A stretch of DNA of 64,000 nucleotides, from positions 2,646 to 66,645 of the IMG/VR virus record IMGVR_UViG_3300029825_000006; one strand, 5' to 3'. Shown in pieces: positions 35,178-44,850 of this stretch. The notes under the pieces were generated by a model. The model did no database searches, was not told where the DNA came from, and saw only the letters and a program-made list of their open reading frames with translations. This stretch comes from a virus. Lineage: Duplodnaviria > Caudoviricetes. How positions within the stretch are numbered: position 1 is the first letter of the stretch; every line of letters begins with the position of its first letter. Position numbers and translations under genes: made by a program.

Positions 35178-37028
35178 ATGGGAGAAACAAATCAAACAGT
35201 TAATGACTTATTTAAAAGTTATATTCTTGCTACATCTAAACCAAAGGAAACTACGTTAATCGACTCTGTCGAAACCACAAAATCTAAAGTTAAAGATGCT
35301 TATTCAAATGCAGTGTTAGGAATTGGTGGAGAAGACAAAGTAGAACAATTTTCAAAATATGGCTTAAGCAATGATACTCTCAATTGGTGGTTATGGATTG
35401 CATTATATCATGAGTCTTGGGTATTTCGCAGAGCAATTGATAAACCATCTCAAGATGTTGTTAATCATGGAATTACTTTAGAAGGGAATTCAAATAAAGA
35501 AAATGTTTATAAACAATTAAATAAACAAATTCCAGATTTAACTCAACTTGTTATGTGGGGTTCGTTATTTGGTGGTTCGGTTGCAGTAACATTATTTAAT
35601 GATATTAAATTTGAAGATATGGAAAAGTCTATCAATGTTTACTTTAATTCTAAAAAGATTAATAAAAAATCTATTTTAAAATTGTATGTTACTGATAGAT
35701 GGTATGGCTTATCACCTACAAATGATGATTTGGTTAGCGATATGAGAAGTATTGACTATGGCAAACCAAAGTATTATAATGTTACATTAGCAAATGGTTC
35801 GACGTATAAAATTCATCATAGTTGGGTATTACGATATGAACATAGAGTTGCACCAAACTTAGTTAAAAAAGGAATGCTTCAAAATTGGGGATATGCTGAA
35901 GGAGTTCACATATTTAATGAATTATCAAGGGATGATAAAATCAAAGCAAGCATACATTCTTTAATCGATAAATCTTTAATTGAAGTAATTAAGATGCCTG
36001 GTATGCGTGGTGTCTTTATGGGTTCTGACTCAGATAATGAAAATCAACTTCGAAAAAGATTAGACATGGTTAATTGGGGTAGAAACTTTAATAGTTTGAC
36101 TTTCTTAGATAAAGATGATGAATATCAACAGAATAGTTTTCCTGGTTTAACTGGTTTATCAGATTTATTAGAAAAGAATATGTGGTTAGTTGCTGCAGCA
36201 TTAGATATGCAAGGAATTCTTTTTGGAGATTTAAAAGGCGGATTTAGTAATGATACTGAGGCTATGGCAAGGTATAATGAAACTATTCAAAATCGTAAAA
36301 ACACGTACTTTAGAATGCCACTAACTCACTTGTTAGAAATTCTATATAAAATGTACGATATTAAAGATGATGTTGAATTTGAATTTAATTCATTGATAGT
36401 TCAAAAAGAAGATGATAGGTTAAAAGAATTAAGTTCATTCGGTGATTTTTTAAGTAAAATGCTTAGTGATGGTATCTTAAATCCACAACAAGTAGCAAGG
36501 TCAATTCAAAAATATTCTAAAAAATCTGGTATTGATATTGAAATTTCAGATGATGATATTGATAAACTTAAAGATACAATTGTAGAAGAAATGGAAGAAA
36601 TTGAATTTCCTGAAGATGAAGATAATAAAGATGAAAATAAAGTTAATATTAAAAATGTATCTGTTAAGAAGAACACAAAAGATACATACGTTAATGATAT
36701 AACTCATAGTAAATGGATAGAAAAAAAATGGAACAAGGAATATCCATTATTAAGAGCAGGTTGGTATGAAGTAGACCCTGAAAAACAAGCAAAATCAAAA
36801 ATACAATTACATCCATCATTTTATTTATTTAGTGATAAATTTCCACCAGGTAGACATTTCGGGGCACAGGCTCATAAGAATAGTATAAGATTTAGTAATC
36901 ATAGTTCAGTGTTTGAATGCGCTGATGATATAAGATTTAGTCAATATAATAGAACAGAATATGAACAATCTGCAGATAAATATATTGCCAATCATCCTGA
37001 GTTAATGGAAAAACTTTATAAAAAATAG
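35178..37028 (+). CDS. Portal protein (DUF1073/Acb1-portal-like family) with C-terminal extension
   Basis: ALYHESWVFRRAID.P..D, LFGGS, IHHSWVL, ILFG...GGFSN...Y.E.I..R, VEFEFNSL motifs. Confidence 0.85.
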   Translation: MGETNQTVNDLFKSYILATSKPKETTLIDSVETTKSKVKDAYSNAVLGIGGEDKVEQFSKYGLSNDTLNWWLWIALYHESWVFRRAIDKPSQDVVNHGITLEGNSNKENVYKQLNKQIPDLTQLVMWGSLFGGSVAVTLFNDIKFEDMEKSINVYFNSKKINKKSILKLYVTDRWYGLSPTNDDLVSDMRSIDYGKPKYYNVTLANGSTYKIHHSWVLRYEHRVAPNLVKKGMLQNWGYAEGVHIFNELSRDDKIKASIHSLIDKSLIEVIKMPGMRGVFMGSDSDNENQLRKRLDMVNWGRNFNSLTFLDKDDEYQQNSFPGLTGLSDLLEKNMWLVAAALDMQGILFGDLKGGFSNDTEAMARYNETIQNRKNTYFRMPLTHLLEILYKMYDIKDDVEFEFNSLIVQKEDDRLKELSSFGDFLSKMLSDGILNPQQVARSIQKYSKKSGIDIEISDDDIDKLKDTIVEEMEEIEFPEDEDNKDENKVNIKNVSVKKNTKDTYVNDITHSKWIEKKWNKEYPLLRAGWYEVDPEKQAKSKIQLHPSFYLFSDKFPPGRHFGAQAHKNSIRFSNHSSVFECADDIRFSQYNRTEYEQSADKYIANHPELMEKLYKK

Positions 37029-37037
37029 GAGGAGTAT

Positions 37038-37496
37038 ATGAGAAAAATTCTCATAGTAATAGTATTAAGTTTATTTAGTATAGTTTTAGTTGGTTGTGAT
37101 AAAAATGACAACTTTAGAAATGAATTGGTATTTACGATAAAGGCATTAGAATTTGACCGTTCTTCAATTGATGTTGCTGAAAATGATGGTTTATTTTATT
37201 CAGGTACAGCAAATATTGTTGCTCATCAAGAAAACGAAATTGCGATAATAAATATTACAAAAGATGGTAAAGCAATAATGTTAGAAATTTCAATTTTAGA
37301 AGAAACATTAAATTATTTTTGTATATCAGATGTTAGTATACAATACATTAATTTAGAAAAAAATTTAGATATTAATTTATATTATTATGCAGATTATAAA
37401 TATAAGAAACTTAGTTCATTAGATAAATTTATAGATAATTTAGAAAAACTTACTATGAAAGATTATGAATTAATTTTAAAAGATTTAGGTTATTAA
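37038..37496 (+). CDS. Lipoprotein
   Basis: Signal MRKILIVIVLSLFSIV followed by lipobox LVGC. Confidence 0.75.
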   Translation: MRKILIVIVLSLFSIVLVGCDKNDNFRNELVFTIKALEFDRSSIDVAENDGLFYSGTANIVAHQENEIAIINITKDGKAIMLEISILEETLNYFCISDVSIQYINLEKNLDINLYYYADYKYKKLSSLDKFIDNLEKLTMKDYELILKDLGY

Positions 37497-37518
37497 AATA
37501 TACGGAGGAGAAAAAAGT

Positions 37519-37944
37519 ATGAAAAAGTATATTAAAATTCAAAGTTCAGTAAATATTCAAGTAACAGCAGGTTTAGATGCATTAAATATGACTGATGCAA
37601 ATCAACCTATTGCAGACAAATTAAAAGTTCAAGCATTATGGACTAAAGAAAAAGTTTTAATTAAAACTGGTGCAGGATATTATCCTGGAATAATTAGTAC
37701 TTGGAAGACAGTTAAGGCATTGGCAAAAGACAATGTTATCACTTTAGGAGAATTTGTAGATGAACTTCCTTCAACTATGACTGAAGAAGAATATGCAAAT
37801 ACAGTAAGAATTGAAGAAAATTTAAAAAATGGTGTGGCAGAAAAAGAAAGACAAATTAAATCACAAACTGTAATTAAAGAAACTAAGGCTGAAAAGAAAG
37901 CAAAACAATTATCAGAACTTGCTTTAGATAAAACAGAAGAGTAG
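37519..37944 (+). CDS. Hypothetical protein in the virion module
   Basis: 141 aa, GGAGG SD. Confidence 0.65.
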   Translation: MKKYIKIQSSVNIQVTAGLDALNMTDANQPIADKLKVQALWTKEKVLIKTGAGYYPGIISTWKTVKALAKDNVITLGEFVDELPSTMTEEEYANTVRIEENLKNGVAEKERQIKSQTVIKETKAEKKAKQLSELALDKTEE

Positions 37945-37949
37945 CAATT

Positions 37950-38441
37950 ATGTTAAAGCAAATTGAACAACAAATAACACCATTATTTGAATTTTTAGGC
38001 ATTCCTCTAATAATTTTAACACCTTTGTTATTTATCTTGTTCTTGCTCTTTAGATATATCTTACCAAAAATGTTGAACAACAATGCTACTTTTATTGGAA
38101 GACTAGTTGCAAACATTGTTGCTCAACTTTTTGGTGAAGGTACTGGTATGGTAAAAGGTGTAGAAAGTTTGGACGTAGTTCAAGTTATTAAATCTATTCC
38201 TGAACTAACTAAAGAGTCTGAAGAAAGAACAAATGAAAAGTTAAATGATGTTTGTGAATTAGTTTCATTGTTAAGCGAAGCAATGATGAGTGAAAGACTT
38301 ATTAAACCTCAGTCATCTAGAATACTTCAAGAAATTATTAAAAAAAGTAGAGAAATTCGTGGTTTAGACGAAAATAACAATCCAATTCAAGTTGAAAACA
38401 TTGTTAATGAAGAGATTGGAACAGTGATTGAAAAAGTATGA
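37950..38441 (+). CDS. Membrane protein (holin candidate)
   Basis: Long N-terminal hydrophobic helix and coiled-coil C-terminus. Confidence 0.55.
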   Translation: MLKQIEQQITPLFEFLGIPLIILTPLLFILFLLFRYILPKMLNNNATFIGRLVANIVAQLFGEGTGMVKGVESLDVVQVIKSIPELTKESEERTNEKLNDVCELVSLLSEAMMSERLIKPQSSRILQEIIKKSREIRGLDENNNPIQVENIVNEEIGTVIEKV

Positions 38442-38950
38442 ATATAAAAGAAAGAAAACCAATAAAATATAAAAAAATTTGGTGTATACTTTTAATCACA
38501 TTGTCATATGTGTTTGCATATTTTCTTCCACTATTATTATTATATAATAGTATGAAAGACTCATTCATAAGAGATTATGTTATACGAAAAGAAATAAGTT
38601 GGTCACTCATAGGATTTATTACAATATCTGTAGTAATGACAATTATGTTAGTAATTAAAATTTGTATTAAATTATGGAAGGCTTCAGCAAGTATAGGAAA
38701 ATCTTTAACGTTTGGTTTTATTAAAATTTTTATAGTTTTGTTTATTGTATATCTATTAATCAAAGTATATAATTTTACATTCTATGTTGAGACTAATGCA
38801 TTAAAAGTTCTAGGTTCTATAAGAGGTTTCTTGGATGTTGGAAAGCAATATTTAATTATTTATAGTATATGTTTATTTCTATCAACAATATGTAATGTTA
38901 TTGCAATTGAAATTGATAAAGAATATGTTCGTTCTTTAAATTGGTTATAG
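38438..38950 (+). CDS. Multi-pass membrane protein
   Basis: About four hydrophobic segments. Confidence 0.65.
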   Translation: MNIKERKPIKYKKIWCILLITLSYVFAYFLPLLLLYNSMKDSFIRDYVIRKEISWSLIGFITISVVMTIMLVIKICIKLWKASASIGKSLTFGFIKIFIVLFIVYLLIKVYNFTFYVETNALKVLGSIRGFLDVGKQYLIIYSICLFLSTICNVIAIEIDKEYVRSLNWL

Positions 38951-38964
38951 AAAGGAGGTAAGTT

Positions 38965-40476
38965 ATGCCTACTAATAAAATTACAAATAATTTAAAAGTT
39001 CATGGAGAGAATACAACTCAAAAATATACTGATTTACAATATAGTGATAATATTGAAAGAATAAATGGAGTTCAACCTGGAACAACAATAAGTTCTAACA
39101 TTATAAATACTGGACTTAGGCAATCAACATTAGTTTCTACTGCTTTAATCGATGCGTTAAAAGCATTAATTCCTACTGAAAATGATTTGGTAAATTCTAT
39201 TACTGTTGGTTCAGATACTCAATTGACTGATTTAACTAATGCTTTTATTGATGCATTGGCTAAAATTAAAGTTCAAAATGCTATATTGGCAGATAATGTA
39301 AAATCAGGTGCAATCGTAGAAGAAACTACAAGAGCATGGAATGCTAAACAAGGTAAAAGTATTAGTTTAAATTTAAATTCAAAAACTACATATAAAGGAA
39401 CTTGGGAAGGAACTTATAAAAATAATGACATTGTTTATTATAATGTAGGAAATGTATATAAAGGTTTATACTTAGTTAAAGGCTTAACAGCAGAAACTGA
39501 AACTGCTATCGCGGGAACTTTAACTATTACTACTGGTTCAACACCACAAACATATCAAACAAATCTTACGAGATTAACATTTGAAACTAATATTGGTATT
39601 GATGGAAATTTAAGTAAGACAGATACAGTAAATGTTAGTTCTACAACAAATCAATTATTGACAGCAATAGGTGCATTTAATAATTTACAAGGTAAAGTTG
39701 CAGCAGGTGATGGAATTCTTACACAAACATCTATCGCTGGAAGTTTAGGAACTTTAGTTAAATCAACTACAATCACTTCTACTTCTACTGATGGACAATT
39801 ACCTACAAGCAAAGCAGTTTATAATCATGTACTCAATGTTTGGAATTCAAAATTGCCTGCTGGTAATAAGATTTTAACTCAATCTACTACAGGAAACTTT
39901 GGAACTTTAGAAAAAATAACATGGATTAACGATAAATCTACTGATGAACAATTACCTACAGCAAAGTCTGTTTATATGTATATTTTATCAAATATTATTA
40001 TGGGGTATACAAAGACTGTTACAAAAGATGAATATTCTAGACCAATTACTTCAGGTGGAGTATATGATTTTGCTGAAACATTAAAATCTAAAATTTTATG
40101 GGAAGGTTCACATATTATAAGTAGTAGTTCATCTGCAATTGCTCTTAATTCAGTTCATGGAGTAGATTGGTATACAAAATACAAATATGTTATAATAGAC
40201 TATTCAAATAGTCTTGAAACTGAAACTTGGTCAAGTATATTAAATATAGACCCATTTATTAAATCTGGAACAGCAGATACATATCTTTCAACACCTTTAG
40301 ACATTACTGCATCAAATGCAATTTCATATGGCTTTAATATTCATCCAGTATTTGTAAATGACGTTAGATTTGGTGGTTTTGGATTTATTAAAACAAAAAA
40401 AATCACAATTGGTACAACTACTACAACTTTTGCAGACTCAACACTTACAATAAAAAGAATAGTTGGAATAGTTTAG
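38965..40476 (+). CDS. Tail fibre protein
   Basis: N-terminal NGVQPG..ISS..INTGLRQSTL baseplate-attachment pattern; Thr-rich internal repeats ILTQ...GTL...STD.QLPT.K.VY. Confidence 0.7.
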   Translation: MPTNKITNNLKVHGENTTQKYTDLQYSDNIERINGVQPGTTISSNIINTGLRQSTLVSTALIDALKALIPTENDLVNSITVGSDTQLTDLTNAFIDALAKIKVQNAILADNVKSGAIVEETTRAWNAKQGKSISLNLNSKTTYKGTWEGTYKNNDIVYYNVGNVYKGLYLVKGLTAETETAIAGTLTITTGSTPQTYQTNLTRLTFETNIGIDGNLSKTDTVNVSSTTNQLLTAIGAFNNLQGKVAAGDGILTQTSIAGSLGTLVKSTTITSTSTDGQLPTSKAVYNHVLNVWNSKLPAGNKILTQSTTGNFGTLEKITWINDKSTDEQLPTAKSVYMYILSNIIMGYTKTVTKDEYSRPITSGGVYDFAETLKSKILWEGSHIISSSSSAIALNSVHGVDWYTKYKYVIIDYSNSLETETWSSILNIDPFIKSGTADTYLSTPLDITASNAISYGFNIHPVFVNDVRFGGFGFIKTKKITIGTTTTTFADSTLTIKRIVGIV

Positions 40477-40518
40477 ATTTTGTAATAAAGTAAATAATAT
40501 CTTAAAGGAGGTAAATTT

Positions 40519-40755
40519 ATGAATAAAAATAAAAATATTAAAATTGTTATAGATATTTTATTTCTAATAATCGTTATCGTATTTGGTATGTTTGTATTTG
40601 ATATAGTTAAAAGTATTACAAACGAATTAAATTATGATGAAACAAAATCTGCAATAGTTATTACTTTAGTTCTTATCGTATATGCAATTGTTTTTGGCGC
40701 AATATGGGCTAAAACTAGTTTATTGATTAATAAACGTTTAGGAGAAAGAAAATGA
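40519..40755 (+). CDS. Small two-pass membrane protein
   Basis: Two hydrophobic helices, basic C-terminus. Confidence 0.6.
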   Translation: MNKNKNIKIVIDILFLIIVIVFGMFVFDIVKSITNELNYDETKSAIVITLVLIVYAIVFGAIWAKTSLLINKRLGERK

Positions 40756-41069
40756 AATATTACGAAACGTCTTTTAAAATTAAAGACTATCCAAAAGAAT
40801 TTAGAATTAAAAAAATTTCTCCAGTAAAGATTTTAAGTATTGCAACGCAATTCGGTGAAGACTCTTTAGAAGCGACTGAAAGAATATTTACATTTGCTTT
40901 AGAAAATACTGAAGTTTTAATCTTAGACAAATATTTGCCTGTTAAAGAAGAAGGAAAAGAAGTTTATTGGCCAAATGATATTGAAGACAATATTCTTGTT
41001 CTTCAAGAATTAGTTACATATTTTGTTAAAAATGTTATAAACATAGTTTTTCAAAAGTCCAGCGAATAA
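40752..41069 (+). CDS. Tail assembly chaperone (G-like)
   Basis: Position directly before the tape measure gene; ends GTT TTT CAA AAG. Confidence 0.7.
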   Translation: MKYYETSFKIKDYPKEFRIKKISPVKILSIATQFGEDSLEATERIFTFALENTEVLILDKYLPVKEEGKEVYWPNDIEDNILVLQELVTYFVKNVINIVFQKSSE

Positions 41070-41287
41070 ATTCAACTAACTCTAATAACTTCTCTGGACA
41101 AGAACAAAATATTGAATATGCATTACCTTCTAGCACTCATTATATTATTTATACGTTAATCGTTAATAATTTTGCAACATATAAAGAATTAAGAGATGAC
41201 TATGATATATATGAAGTGCTAGAACTTTATGAAATGTGTGTTGTTAGTTCACACAATAAATTTATTGCTACAAAAGGGGTGAGATAG
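41048..41287 (+). CDS. -1 frameshift extension of the tail chaperone (GT-like)
   Basis: Open -1 frame from the T5 run at 41047..41051 to TAG at 41285; encodes ATYKELRDDYDIYEVLELYE, typical of second chaperone segments. Confidence 0.7.
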   Translation, partial: FSKVQRINSTNSNNFSGQEQNIEYALPSSTHYIIYTLIVNNFATYKELRDDYDIYEVLELYEMCVVSSHNKFIATKGVR

Positions 41288-42225
41288 TGAATAAGCAATC
41301 TTTTGTAAAAGAATTAAAAATCAAAGTTGATGATAAAGAAGTAAAAAATCTTCAAGAGCAACTTGATAAAATTTATTTTGATACTATTAAATCCGCTATG
41401 GGAGATATTAAAGGTAGTTCAAAAGAAGAAATCGAAAAACTTAAAGAACTTAAAGAAATGATAGGCGAATTAAATGAAGATAATAAACCTAGAGATAATA
41501 ATTTAATTCGAAATTTAGTTAAGGATAAATTAAGTTCAACGTTAGAGTCATTAAGTGATAATTTAAAAGACTTTTTTACAGATACATTTAATGAAGCAAA
41601 AGAACGAATATTTGATATGGCTTCATATGATTTAGAAAATTCTATGTTTTCAAATTCAACTGCAAGAAATCAAACATTAAAATATGGTCTTACAAATCCT
41701 GCTGAAAACTATGCTTTAACTCAAAGCATGTCTGAACTTGGAATGAATTCTGAAGAAGATTTAATGTATATGAATGAAAATCAAAGAGATAAATTTGCAG
41801 AACGTATGGGATATTGGACTTCAAAATATCAAGAACTTGCAAATAAAGATTTCTTTGCCACTGTTCAAAACTTTGCTTTAGAGTGGAATGAATTTAAGAC
41901 TGAATTCCAATTAGATTTTATTGAATTCTTTATACAAAATAAAGATACGATACAAACTGTTATGAACGTTGGTTTACAATTTATGGAAAGTACTCTTAAT
42001 ATTTTATCAGATATTCTAAACTTTTTACAAATATCTAGAAGTGATAGTCAAAAAAATGCTGCTTCAATGGAAGTCATTAGAAATTATTCAAATAATGCTA
42101 CTTCAAATAAAGTAACTATAAATAATACGCTCAATCCTGCATCACAAGTTTTAACAGACAAATCAATGTTAGAACAAGCAGGACGTTTGTCATATTCTCA
42201 AATAATTGAAGCATTAAGGGAGTGA
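41287..42225 (+). CDS. Short tape measure protein
   Basis: Helical; N-terminal LKIKVD..EVK.L; C-terminal VTINNTLN; lies between chaperone and Dit-like genes. Confidence 0.65.
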   Translation: MNKQSFVKELKIKVDDKEVKNLQEQLDKIYFDTIKSAMGDIKGSSKEEIEKLKELKEMIGELNEDNKPRDNNLIRNLVKDKLSSTLESLSDNLKDFFTDTFNEAKERIFDMASYDLENSMFSNSTARNQTLKYGLTNPAENYALTQSMSELGMNSEEDLMYMNENQRDKFAERMGYWTSKYQELANKDFFATVQNFALEWNEFKTEFQLDFIEFFIQNKDTIQTVMNVGLQFMESTLNILSDILNFLQISRSDSQKNAASMEVIRNYSNNATSNKVTINNTLNPASQVLTDKSMLEQAGRLSYSQIIEALRE

Positions 42226-42231
42226 TTTAAT

Positions 42232-43542
42232 ATTAAAAATAAAAGATTAGTTCTATCGACAACATTAGATGATATTAAATTATACTTAGATTTAGATACA
42301 ATTTCATCTACAAATATAACTTTAAATTCTGCAGTTTCAGAATATCCTTTAGTTGAAGGTGACTCAATCTCTGACCATATGTATAGACAACCTGGTACAA
42401 TATCAATTTCAGGAACATTTAGTCAACAAGGTAGATTTAGTAATACGTTTACTGATACTGGAAATAGATTACAATTACTTCAGCAATTATTTGAAAGAAT
42501 TAAAGATGAAAGTGTTTTTGTTGATATTTTAAGTATATATAATGTTCGTAAAAATTGTGTTTTATATGGAATTGCTTGGAATGAAGGTGCTAACACTTTA
42601 GATTATACATTTTCATTTAAAGAAGTTTATACGGCAAATATTACTGAAATTGAATATGAAGTTGATGTTACTGATGAAAATTTACCTGCATTAACTGACC
42701 CATTGCAATTAGATTTAACTGACACTTTAATCGATTGGGAAGAAGTTGATACAATCGTAATTAAGGCATTACAAGATGCTGGATTAGTAGATGATGAATT
42801 TCTATTGGCAGTGCAATCTTTAATATCAAATGACAATGTTAGAACGACTGTATTAATTGGTGGTGTTGTAACTGTTGCTATTGGTGCAAAAGTTATTACA
42901 ACTGCTTTAGCAATGGGTGCTGCAATTCCAGGTGTTGGATGGATATTAGTAGGTGTTGGTGCATTAGCAGTAGGACTTTATTTTGGTTTAACTGCAATTA
43001 AAAAATCTGTTGAACAAAAGAAATATTTAGTTAAAGCATTTAAAAATTATAAAGATGATAGACGACAACAAGCAGAAGCAACTAGATTTTTAAATTTTAT
43101 TGGAACAATACATCAACAATTGGAAGTTTTGGAACAATCTGGTAAAGTCTATTCGATACCTTCAAATATTAATCAGGAATGTATTATAAGTATTGATGGT
43201 AATTATTATATATTTAAGTTTGAAAAGAATAACACAAGTCAATTTTGGGCCTTAGAAGTTAAAGATATGAATGAAGAAATTGTTTGCGAAGTAAGTTCTA
43301 TGGTAGGATTGAAATCTATCGCTGATGCAACGCAACGTAATAATTTATTTGCTTCAAAAAATGGTTCATATGTATATCTTATTAATACAAAACTTATTGA
43401 AGAAGACCAATATAAAGATTGGGACGATGAACTTAAATACTATGGAGATTTACGAAATTTTGTTTTCTTTATAACTTCTGTCGACATGGAAAAATGGAAT
43501 GATTTAATATTAGACATAGTTGTCAATGCAATTACGGTGTAA
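42232..43542 (+). CDS. Dit-like baseplate protein fused to a hydrophobic hairpin and a plug-like domain (start uncertain; track start 42379)
   Basis: In-frame upstream SAVSEYPLVEGDSISDHMY..P..ISISG Dit pattern; central Gly-rich hydrophobic stretch; C-terminal IDGNYYIFKFEKN...W.LEV.D. Confidence 0.65.
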   Translation: MKNKRLVLSTTLDDIKLYLDLDTISSTNITLNSAVSEYPLVEGDSISDHMYRQPGTISISGTFSQQGRFSNTFTDTGNRLQLLQQLFERIKDESVFVDILSIYNVRKNCVLYGIAWNEGANTLDYTFSFKEVYTANITEIEYEVDVTDENLPALTDPLQLDLTDTLIDWEEVDTIVIKALQDAGLVDDEFLLAVQSLISNDNVRTTVLIGGVVTVAIGAKVITTALAMGAAIPGVGWILVGVGALAVGLYFGLTAIKKSVEQKKYLVKAFKNYKDDRRQQAEATRFLNFIGTIHQQLEVLEQSGKVYSIPSNINQECIISIDGNYYIFKFEKNNTSQFWALEVKDMNEEIVCEVSSMVGLKSIADATQRNNLFASKNGSYVYLINTKLIEEDQYKDWDDELKYYGDLRNFVFFITSVDMEKWNDLILDIVVNAITV

Positions 43543-43545
43543 ATT

Positions 43546-44481
43546 ATGAAAGTTTGGAAAAGAAAATTAATCGTAAAATTTAAATCAAGTCTTTCAAAAA
43601 AAATTATGAGTTTTGGTGAAAACGAAAAAAGTAATTTATTAATAGAAATCAAAGGTTCAAAATATTTATCTTCATTAAAAGACGAATTCGTAATTGATAT
43701 ATTTAATCTTACATACGCTGAAATTGCTAAACTTATTTCATTAAAATATGATGACATCGAAATATTTGCTGGATATGAAACAATAGGTATTCGTAAAATC
43801 TTTAGTGGAAAAGTCATTTATATTTCAAATGAAAGAGAGTCTAGAGAAACAAATATAGTTCATGTAATTTGTGTTAGCAAATTGTTAGGGATTTATAATT
43901 CAAGACTTAATTTAACTTTAAATTCAGGAATTAATATGTACGCTGCTTTAAATTTTATTATAAAAAGAGGCGGGGTTAAAAATTCAAATGTTTCTGAAGA
44001 ATTTAAAAGAAAATTTGTAACTGATGTAATGTCAGCAAAAGGAAAAGTGAGTTCAATATTGGATACATTTACTAACAATTCTAATTCTTATACTGTTCAA
44101 GCAGATGCAAGTCAAGAGTCAATTGTTAGTATATGGGATTTAAAAAGAAGTGATGCAAGAATAGTTGAAATAAAGCCAGAAAATGGAATGCTAATAAATG
44201 GATTTCCAACATTAACAACAGATGGAGTTATGTTACAAAGTTTACCTGTATTTAATTTTATGCCTGGTGATACTTTAATTATAGATAATAGATTAATTGA
44301 TATGAGTATAAATTCTGTTAGTCAAGCGACATCTTCTCAATTGGGTACATACTTAGATAAAAACAATAAGTACGTATTATATCAAATCAATTATTCATTA
44401 TCAAATCAAGATGGAGATTTTAAATTAATATTAAAATCAAAAGCAAAATCTATTTTAATGAATATCTTTGGAGGAAATTAA
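43546..44481 (+). CDS. Baseplate hub protein (gp27-like)
   Basis: WKRKLIV..., IDIFNLT, IEIFAGY, IFSG.V, GMLINGFPTLT..G, Y.L..I.Y pattern. Confidence 0.75.
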   Translation: MKVWKRKLIVKFKSSLSKKIMSFGENEKSNLLIEIKGSKYLSSLKDEFVIDIFNLTYAEIAKLISLKYDDIEIFAGYETIGIRKIFSGKVIYISNERESRETNIVHVICVSKLLGIYNSRLNLTLNSGINMYAALNFIIKRGGVKNSNVSEEFKRKFVTDVMSAKGKVSSILDTFTNNSNSYTVQADASQESIVSIWDLKRSDARIVEIKPENGMLINGFPTLTTDGVMLQSLPVFNFMPGDTLIIDNRLIDMSINSVSQATSSQLGTYLDKNNKYVLYQINYSLSNQDGDFKLILKSKAKSILMNIFGGN

Positions 44482-44846
44482 TGAAATATGCAAAGCAAGA
44501 TGATTTATTGTCAGTCTTATTACAATTAGAAAAACGTATAATGAAAAAATTAAATGTTGCAACATTTGGTTTAGTAACAGAATTAAATACAATTGAAAAG
44601 ACTTGTTATGTTAAAACATTTCCTTCTGATGATAATAATGAAATTGCTTGTAAATATCCAGATGATATGGAAATAAACTTAACGATTAATTCAATTGTGA
44701 TTGTTTTATTTATCGATAAAGATTTCAGACAACATTTAAAATTAGTCGAAAATGGAAATCTTGATGCAAAGACTCAAATCTCTGAAATATTGCATAGTGA
44801 TATTTCTGGAGTTATCATTCAAATCTTTAAAAAAGGGGGAATATAA
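44481..44846 (+). CDS. Baseplate spike (gp138/gpV-like), OB domain only
   Basis: LNVATFG.V....., IVIVLFIDKDF, LHS..SG pattern; 121 aa. Confidence 0.6.
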   Translation: MKYAKQDDLLSVLLQLEKRIMKKLNVATFGLVTELNTIEKTCYVKTFPSDDNNEIACKYPDDMEINLTINSIVIVLFIDKDFRQHLKLVENGNLDAKTQISEILHSDISGVIIQIFKKGGI

Positions 44847-44850
44847 TTAA

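Noticed and set aside
42223-42225. Genome-wide TGA-to-Trp recoding (code 4)
   Set aside because: Trp is coded TGG throughout, long genes are intact in code 11, and TGA aligns with TAA at the paralog stop.
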